A program made the translations under genes and the position numbers. This document shows, piece by piece, positions 33,980 through 40,196 of a DNA stretch of 64,000 nt (the stretch's first letter is position 1; every line of letters starts with the position of its first letter). Under the pieces are notes generated by a model. That model did not search any database, had not been told where the DNA came from, and worked only from the letters and a program-made list of their open reading frames with translations. The stretch lies in NCBI GenBank assembly GCA_020631955.1, contig JACKGL010000002.1:141860-205859 (forward strand), written 5' to 3'. The DNA comes from Candidatus Nomurabacteria bacterium (GTDB taxonomy: Bacteria > Patescibacteriota > Minisyncoccia > Phycocordibacterales > UBA9973).

Positions 33980-34211
33980 CGCCCAGCCAAAAAACAGCGA
34001 AGCACACGAAGCGGAAATTTTGCGGAGCCCTTTCCCCCAGACCCCCAGTCCTCCGCAAAATTCTTTCCGCTCGCGTTCCGCATTTGCATTTCGCATATCC
34101 GTCCTTTTCCTTTGGAAAAGCTCTGTGCTTCGCACAGAGGCGCTTTAGCGCACGGATGTGCGATTAGGTTCGACTTTGGAAATAGGTTCTAACTTGGTAC
34201 AATAAAGACAC
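33980..34211 (-). repeat. IR-A, right copy (232 bp, inverted)
   Basis: Perfect inverted copy of 32027..32258. Confidence 0.95.
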
Positions 34212-34238
34212 CAGTATTGAACTTAGCGGTTGAGAACC
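34185..34238. other. attP-like quasi-palindromic site centred on the IR-A/IR-B junction
   Basis: GGTTCTAAC (34185..34193) and GTTGAGAACC (34229..34238) are symmetric about CAC at 34209..34211, with further partial arm symmetry. Confidence 0.55.
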
Positions 34239-34355
34239 AACCAAGGAGTGGGCGGCACAAAGTGCCGCCCACGCTGTTTCCCCTGATTTTCCAAACGCAT
34301 TTGGAGCCGCGCCTGCGGCGCGGCGCACTGTTTTTTCGCCAAGAAGCAGGTTCGA
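34209..34355 (-). repeat. IR-B, left copy (147 bp, inverted; includes a duplicate of the recombinase 3' coding end)
   Basis: Checked base by base: the reverse complement equals 35932..36078. It overlaps IR-A by 3 nt. Confidence 0.95.
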
Positions 34356-34437
34356 AATCAGAATGCAATTTTGGCATAGTATTTGCTTTGGATACAAAAA
34401 GAATTTTTGTTTGAAAATATTTTTGCTATACTGGAAA

Positions 34438-34530
34438 TGTTGTAACCAATTATTAGTTAGTCAGCAGAAAGGGCTATTCCAGATATCTTGACTAACGTTG
34501 AGGTTACAACACTGGAGTGGCCCTTTCTGC
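34438..34530 (+). promoter_or_regulatory. Structured recombinase leader with interleaved perfect complementarities
   Basis: Pairings: A 34438..34447 with 34502..34511 (10 bp); B 34456..34463 with 34489..34496 (8 bp); C 34464..34474 with 34520..34530 (11 bp); D 34478..34482 with 34512..34516 (5 bp). It ends 15 nt before the ATG. Confidence 0.5.
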
Positions 34531-34545
34531 TTGAAGAAAAAATAT

Positions 34546-36111
34546 ATGCAAAAATTCTTTTTGTATGCTCGCAAGAGCACCGATGTCGAGGATAAACAAG
34601 TGTTGAGTATCAAAGCTCAATTAACAGAGTTGCGCGCTTTCGCCAAAAATGAAAAGTTGGAAATTGTTAATGAGTTTGTAGAAAAGCGTACCGCTAAAGT
34701 TCCAGGTCGCCCCATTTTTGGCGAAATGATGAGACGAATTGAGAAAGGTGAAGTAAGCGGAATATTATCATGGCACCCCGATCGTCTGGCGCGCAATTCT
34801 GTGGACGGCGGACAGATAATCTACTTTCTCGACATCGGAAACCTTGCGAGCCTCAAATTCCCTAGCCACTGGTTTGAAAACACGCCACAGGGCAAATTCT
34901 CGCTGTCCATGGCATTTGTCCAAAGCAAATACTATGTAGATTCTCTTTCCGAGAACACGAAACGCGGACTTCGCCAAAAAGTGAGAATGGGTATATTTCC
35001 AAGCCAAGCGCCAGTGGGATATTTGAATGATAGCCGAACAAAAACGATTGTAGTTGAAAAGAAAAAATCTCGCATTGTGCGTTTGGCTTTCGAGCGATAT
35101 GTAAAAGGCAATCAAAGGTTAGAAGATATTGCAGAATTTTTGGCGAAGTCCGGTATTACAACCCGAACCGGAAAGAGAATCTCCAAAACCAAAGCGTCTT
35201 TTATCCTATCAAATCCGTTTTATATCGGCTTATTCAAATACAGTGGTGAACTCCACGAGGGGAAGCACGAGCCAATCATTTCAAAGAAACTTTTTGATGA
35301 AGCACAGGAAATGCTAAAACTTCGTGGTCAACCCGAAAGAAAACCACAAAATGAACCTCAACCATTTTGCGGTCTCATTTCCTGTGCTTCTTGTGGAATG
35401 ATGATAACTGGCGAACACAAATTCAAACGGCAGAAGAATGGGAATGTCCACGAGTACACATATTATCGCTGTACGAAAAAACGAAAAGATTTTATCTGCA
35501 AAGAATCTGCCGTTAGAGAGGAAGAAATGAATCGCCAGTTATCATCCCTCATTCAAAAAGTTTCTTTGCCTAAAGACTGGGCGGAGGAATTATTGAAAAT
35601 GGCGGAAAATGAACACAAAAACTCCGCCCAGTCTTTAACTGCTTGTGTGAAAGAGAAAGAAACGAAAATATCTGAAATTTCACAAAAGCTAGAGCGACTT
35701 CTTAACGGATATTTAGACCAAATTGTTGACGAGCAAGATTATCGAAATCAAAAAGCAAAATTATTGTCCGAGAAGAAGTCGCTTCAAGAAGAAATTTCAG
35801 ATTTTTCACACAAGCAGAATGATTGGCTCGAACCGATGAAAGAATGGATAAAAGACGCACAATCCTTGGACAAAATTGCTTCTGATGATGACCTTTTTGC
35901 AAAAAAGGTCAAAGCCAAAGAAATCTTTGGCTCGAACCTGCTTCTTGGCGAAAAAACAGTGCGCCGCGCCGCAGGCGCGGCTCCAAATGCGTTTGGAAAA
36001 TCAGGGGAAACAGCGTGGGCGGCACTTTGTGCCGCCCACTCCTTGGTTGGTTCTCAACCGCTAAGTTCAATACTGGTGCGCAGGAGAGGACTTGAACCTC
36101 CACACCCGTAA
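34546..36111 (+). CDS. Large serine recombinase
   Basis: Resolvase-type N-terminus YARKSTDVEDKQVLSIKAQ (catalytic Ser) and HPDRLARN, a recombinase domain, the zinc ribbon CGLISCASCG...YYRC, and a coiled coil. The last approximately 60 codons lie in IR-B and the tRNA. Confidence 0.85.
   Translation: MQKFFLYARKSTDVEDKQVLSIKAQLTELRAFAKNEKLEIVNEFVEKRTAKVPGRPIFGEMMRRIEKGEVSGILSWHPDRLARNSVDGGQIIYFLDIGNLASLKFPSHWFENTPQGKFSLSMAFVQSKYYVDSLSENTKRGLRQKVRMGIFPSQAPVGYLNDSRTKTIVVEKKKSRIVRLAFERYVKGNQRLEDIAEFLAKSGITTRTGKRISKTKASFILSNPFYIGLFKYSGELHEGKHEPIISKKLFDEAQEMLKLRGQPERKPQNEPQPFCGLISCASCGMMITGEHKFKRQKNGNVHEYTYYRCTKKRKDFICKESAVREEEMNRQLSSLIQKVSLPKDWAEELLKMAENEHKNSAQSLTACVKEKETKISEISQKLERLLNGYLDQIVDEQDYRNQKAKLLSEKKSLQEEISDFSHKQNDWLEPMKEWIKDAQSLDKIASDDDLFAKKVKAKEIFGSNLLLGEKTVRRAAGAAPNAFGKSGETAWAALCAAHSLVGSQPLSSILVRRRGLEPPHP
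35932..36078 (+). repeat. IR-B, right copy (147 bp)
   Basis: About 57% G+C by hand count (84 of 147). It contains perfect hairpins GCCGCGCC-GCA-GGCGCGGC and GTGGGCGGCAC-TTT-GTGCCGCCCAC. Confidence 0.95.
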
Positions 36112-36160
36112 GGGCACATCCACCTCAAGGATGCTTGTCTACCAGTTTCAACACCTGCGC
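36074..36160 (-). tRNA. tRNA-Leu (anticodon GAG), class II
   Basis: 87 nt including CCA. It aligns arm for arm with E. coli-type tRNA-Leu: acceptor GCGCAGG/CCTGCGC, anticodon loop TTGAGGT, long variable arm, T arm GGAGG-TTCAAGT-CCTCT. The last 5 nt lie inside IR-B. Confidence 0.9.
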
Positions 36161-36176
36161 AAGACAAAGTGCTTAG

Positions 36177-36205
36177 ATATTAACAAAAGAACACTTAATA
36201 ATCAA
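36177..36205 (-). promoter_or_regulatory. tRNA-Leu promoter (TTGATT-17-TAATAT on the minus strand)
   Basis: -35 at 36205..36200 and -10 at 36182..36177, about 17 nt upstream of the tRNA 5' end. Confidence 0.5.
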
Positions 36206-36249
36206 ACTGCTTTTTAGAGCTCTGTTTTCGTGATATCATATAAGGTATT

Positions 36250-36588
36250 ATGTTGAAAGATAAGAAGTGTATCCCTTGTGAAGATGAGAATGCAAAAGCT
36301 ATAGATCCATTGCTTTTGGACGAGTATTTACAAGAGATAAATGATTGGGAAATATCAGATGATAAAAAAAGTATTAGCAAGAAATATGTTTTTAGAGATT
36401 TTGTAAAGTCATTAGAATTTGCCAACGCAGTAGGAGATATCGCAGAGATAGAAGGACATCATCCAGATATCAACATTTCTTACAACAAAGTGAAGCTCAC
36501 TCTTACTACACACAACATAGGAGATCTTACAGAAAACGACTTTATATTAGCGGCCAAGATAAACGCACTAGATAATATATTTATATGA
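36250..36588 (+). CDS. Pterin-4-alpha-carbinolamine dehydratase (PCD/DCoH)
   Basis: 112 aa; EGHHPDI motif and ...LTTH....LTENDF. Confidence 0.85.
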   Translation: MLKDKKCIPCEDENAKAIDPLLLDEYLQEINDWEISDDKKSISKKYVFRDFVKSLEFANAVGDIAEIEGHHPDINISYNKVKLTLTTHNIGDLTENDFILAAKINALDNIFI

Positions 36589-37580
36589 TATTAGCAATAA
36601 CAAACGTAATACTAGGTATAATAGGCTTTTGTATAGCCTTCTATATTTTTCATAAGAAAAGTCACGAGACAGCGCTGGTGTGTCCTATAGGAAGTGACTG
36701 TGACGCAGTGGTGCACTCAGAGTACTCACATTTTATGGGTGTATCTGTAGAAAGGCTCGGTATGGTTTATTATCTACTTATTACGATCTTTTATGCTTTT
36801 GCTATCTTTTTCCCAACCCTTACAAATGGATTGATACACTTTATCATGCTTGGTATTACCTTAGGATCTTTTCTATTTTCTGCATACTTGGTATCTGTAC
36901 AAGGTTTTGTTATACACGAATGGTGTGCTTGGTGTTTAGGAAGTGCAACTGTTTCTACAATGATATTTTTAACCAACTTCTTATTGGTAGACTTGGAGGT
37001 GACTTACTACCTTGTACAATATAAGGGGCTCATAGTAATTCTTCATGGAGTAGCTGCCGCTATAGGGGTAGGAGGAGCTACTATTACCGATACACTGTTC
37101 TTCAAGTATCTTTCAGATAAGAAGATCTCTAAAGAGGAAGCTAGCACACTTAAAACCCTTTCTACTTTGATATGGTTTGCTCTGGGACTATTGGTGCTTA
37201 CTGGCGTAGGACTTTATATGCCAGAAAAAGAAACATTACTACAAACACCAAAATTCTTGGCGAAGATGATAGCCGTAGCTGTGCTTATAGTAAACGGTGT
37301 AGCCCTCAACTTCATAGTTTCTCCTAAGATAACAAAGATAAACTTCGACGATCAAGAACCTATCAGAGATATAAAAAATGATATACTTCGCCACGTAGCT
37401 TTTGCTTTAGGGGCTGTATCTATTATCAGCTGGTACTTTGTATTTATACTTGGGTCTTTAAGAAGTACAAACATGACTTTTGATAACATAATACTTATTT
37501 ATCTACTTGCTTTAGTTATCGGGGTATTGGGGAGCCAATTTTTTGCCGAACACATAAGAAGAAAGGATTCTCTAAAATAG
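36585..37580 (+). CDS. Vitamin K epoxide reductase (VKOR) family membrane protein with extra C-terminal TM domain
   Basis: CPIGSDCDAV loop cysteines and a CAWC active-site motif in a TM helix. Confidence 0.65.
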   Translation: MILAITNVILGIIGFCIAFYIFHKKSHETALVCPIGSDCDAVVHSEYSHFMGVSVERLGMVYYLLITIFYAFAIFFPTLTNGLIHFIMLGITLGSFLFSAYLVSVQGFVIHEWCAWCLGSATVSTMIFLTNFLLVDLEVTYYLVQYKGLIVILHGVAAAIGVGGATITDTLFFKYLSDKKISKEEASTLKTLSTLIWFALGLLVLTGVGLYMPEKETLLQTPKFLAKMIAVAVLIVNGVALNFIVSPKITKINFDDQEPIRDIKNDILRHVAFALGAVSIISWYFVFILGSLRSTNMTFDNIILIYLLALVIGVLGSQFFAEHIRRKDSLK

Positions 37581-37633
37581 TAGACACACATAGTACATTT
37601 TGGTATAAAGATATAGCCAATTTCTTGGTATAT

Positions 37634-37706
37634 GGTGTCTATAGTGTAATGGTTAGCACTAGAGTTTGTGGAACTCTCAGTTCGGGTTCAAATCCCGATA
37701 GACACC
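37634..37706 (+). tRNA. tRNA-His (anticodon GUG) with encoded G-1
   Basis: G-1 plus acceptor GTGTCTA/TAGACAC, discriminator C, anticodon loop TTGTGGA, T arm TCGGG-TTCAAAT-CCCGA. Confidence 0.9.
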
Positions 37707-37745
37707 CAAAGTGAACATTTTATATCAAATAGTGATTTTCTAAGT

Positions 37746-38780
37746 ATGAGTTTTGAACAGGAAGAAAACATTCCAAAATTAATAAATGAAGTACCCCCGC
37801 AAAAAGGTTTCCAAGATAAAATAGGTGAGTATGTTCTACGTATTGAAGAAGGAGAAAAAATAGAGTCTTTTGGTGATATTCCTCAATCATGGAAGCAAGA
37901 AATAAACAGAAGACTAAAAGAAAAAGAAGAAATACAAAAAAAAATAGACAAAAGACATAAACAGGATCAAGAAGAAATAAATAAAATACGAAAAGAGATT
38001 TTAGACACCAGTAAACCTGAAGGGTTGGAAGAAAAGAATAATAAACTCAAAGAATATCTCTTAAATAAAATACAAGATCGTTTCACGAAAGAAGTGTCTA
38101 GAAATCTTGCTATATCTAATATACAGAAAGCAAATAATTTAGAATTATATAAAATTGCTCTAGATCAATTTTATAATGATAATAGGAAAGCAAACTATGA
38201 TCGTAATAATGAAAAGTTTGATTATGATGTAGAGCAAGTGACCTCAGAGGTCAATGATTTAATAAAAAGAGTTCAAAATGAAAACGGGTGGCATTATCGT
38301 ATACCACAAACAGCTACAACAGCAAATAAGTCAAAAGAACGTTTTAGTTTGAATGTTTGGGCAAATAAAGAACTTGTACGAAGACTTGATGAGTTAACAT
38401 ATAAATATGGTATTTATTACAAAACACCAACACAAGCTGATGATTGGAATGAAAGAACTGACCCGGTCACGATTTACATTACAAACCCTGATTTAACACC
38501 AGATCAAATTGAGCAACTTAAACAAGAAGTTATTCAAGTTACGAAAGATTTTATACGTGATAATAATGGTTTTGGAATATATGGTGAAAATATTTCAGAG
38601 GGTGTTGAGTTTGGTCCTGAGAGTACGCCTGAAGAAATAAAACGATTAAAGACACAAGCAGAAACGATCAGTCTAGAAGCAAAGGAGGCACTTGATCAAT
38701 ATTTACAGAGAAATGGTAAGGAGAAGTCGTCGGTTGGTCAAAACATCGCCGCCCAAAGACTTATTAATTTTTTAAGTTAA
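37746..38780 (+). CDS. Hypothetical protein (344 aa)
   Basis: Start moved to MSFEQEEN because the track start overlaps tRNA-His. Lys/Glu-rich N-terminal half; no recognised motif. Confidence 0.5.
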   Translation: MSFEQEENIPKLINEVPPQKGFQDKIGEYVLRIEEGEKIESFGDIPQSWKQEINRRLKEKEEIQKKIDKRHKQDQEEINKIRKEILDTSKPEGLEEKNNKLKEYLLNKIQDRFTKEVSRNLAISNIQKANNLELYKIALDQFYNDNRKANYDRNNEKFDYDVEQVTSEVNDLIKRVQNENGWHYRIPQTATTANKSKERFSLNVWANKELVRRLDELTYKYGIYYKTPTQADDWNERTDPVTIYITNPDLTPDQIEQLKQEVIQVTKDFIRDNNGFGIYGENISEGVEFGPESTPEEIKRLKTQAETISLEAKEALDQYLQRNGKEKSSVGQNIAAQRLINFLS

Positions 38781-38882
38781 TAGGTTTTTCTGTAGTTTTT
38801 ATTGGGCATCTTTATTTTAAAATTATTTTCAATAAAATATTGATCTTCACCCAACTTTATTTAAAAGTGATATAATATTCTT

Positions 38883-39992
38883 ATGAAATATTTAAGGAGC
38901 ATTCTTTTTCTGGCAATTTCTTTTTTTGCTTCTTTTTCTGTTGCTTCTGCTCACGAAGCATACGTCATATCTTACAAAGACTTTTGGTCTGGCATACACG
39001 CTCCGTTTAGCGGACACGCTTTCGACGCTCTAGCGTCTTCGAGCAACCTTCATACAACCATAGTCATCGTGATATCTGTTTTTATTCTCCTTACTGTTAG
39101 TTTTTTTATAAGAAGAAGTTCTGTTGGACAGAAGATGAGTTCTTTTATAGAAAGATTTTCTAGATTTGGACCTCATTTTGTAAGAGTCACTATAGGTATA
39201 GCTTTTATACTCTCAGCTTTGGGCGATAGTTTTTTGGGTCCAGAACTAAAAGTAGATCTACTTCCTTTTCACAGTTTGATACAAACCACCTTACTTATTA
39301 TAGGGGTTATGATATTGGTCGGATTTTTGACCGAGATAGCTGCTCTTTTAGGAATAGTTATCTTCTTAGTCGGGATGTCTGTGTTTGGTGGATATTTATT
39401 CACTTATCTAAATTATTTTGGAGAACTTTTGGTTTTGCTTTTGTTTGGTATGAGGGTTTTTTCTATAGATAAATATATTTTTGGTCCATTACGAAGATTT
39501 ACTTTTTTTGAAAAATACGAGACTGTCATAGTCAGAGTCTTTTACGGACTAGCTTTGGTCTATGCTGCTATCACAGTTAAGCTCCTTCATCCTGACCTAA
39601 CAGTTTCTGTAGTCGAAAACTGGCATCTGACAAATTTCCACTGGCTTTTCCCATCTGATCCACTTTTGGTTACACTAGGAGCTGGTATAGTCGAGACTGT
39701 TATAGGAATATTTATAATATTTGGTTTTGAGATGAGGCTCACTGTTCTTATAAGTCTTTTTTATATAACACTATCTTTACTTTATTTTAGAGAACTTGTC
39801 TGGCCACATCTTTTACTTTATGGAATATCACTCAACCTTTTGGTTCAGCCAGAAGTGTTCACTATTGATCACATACTTTTCAGCCATCACCGAAAAGCCA
39901 AATCTTGGTGGAGAAGACCTTTTTCGCCTCATAATGATAGAGGGAAGAGCCAGAAGGGGTCTAAGGAAACAGAAATGTCTGTGGGAGCCTAA
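38883..39992 (+). CDS. Polytopic membrane protein, unknown function
   Basis: 369 aa with a signal/TM start and at least 8 hydrophobic helices. Confidence 0.5.
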   Translation: MKYLRSILFLAISFFASFSVASAHEAYVISYKDFWSGIHAPFSGHAFDALASSSNLHTTIVIVISVFILLTVSFFIRRSSVGQKMSSFIERFSRFGPHFVRVTIGIAFILSALGDSFLGPELKVDLLPFHSLIQTTLLIIGVMILVGFLTEIAALLGIVIFLVGMSVFGGYLFTYLNYFGELLVLLLFGMRVFSIDKYIFGPLRRFTFFEKYETVIVRVFYGLALVYAAITVKLLHPDLTVSVVENWHLTNFHWLFPSDPLLVTLGAGIVETVIGIFIIFGFEMRLTVLISLFYITLSLLYFRELVWPHLLLYGISLNLLVQPEVFTIDHILFSHHRKAKSWWRRPFSPHNDRGKSQKGSKETEMSVGA

Positions 39993-40164
39993 TACCACAG
40001 ACCATGTTGTCTATTTGTCTCTAACTCGCAGATACTAGTAAAACCACTATTAAGGTTATCCATATTATTGAGCTGAGCACTCTACTGTTCTTGTTCGTAT
40101 ACATATCTTTCTTTACTATATTGTTACACTTTATATGACACACAAGAGAGGTGTTTTCTTACAT

Positions 40165-40189
40165 TAAAAAAACCGGAGCAAAGCTCCGG
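40165..40189 (-). terminator. Rho-independent terminator of purA
   Basis: CCGGAGC-AAA-GCTCCGG with a minus-strand T tract. Confidence 0.7.
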
Positions 40190-40196
40190 CTCCAGA

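Larger units (their letters stand above)
32027..36078. mobile_element. Integrated large-serine-recombinase element at the 3' end of tRNA-Leu(GAG)
   Basis: It sits between the cupin stop and the tRNA. The GTG trinucleotide is shared by both outer junctions and the internal junction. The LSR gene and the repeats are G+C-rich. Removing 32030..36078 restores a normal tRNA trailer. Confidence 0.75.

Noticed and set aside
34164-34414. ORFs 34164..34397 and 34189..34377 (minus) and 34217..34414 (plus) as independent genes.
   Set aside because: The minus-strand frame is just the duplicated 3' end of the recombinase gene within IR-B, running into IR-A. There is no start context, so I treat it as a gene fragment inside a repeat.
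37668-37745. N-terminal extension of ORF 37668..38780.
   Set aside because: It overlaps the 3' half of tRNA-His. The start was moved to Met at 37746.
38840-38860. CACCCAA near 38852 as a displaced copy of the tRNA-His 3' end (att remnant).
   Set aside because: There are only 7-8 matching nucleotides, which is indistinguishable from chance.
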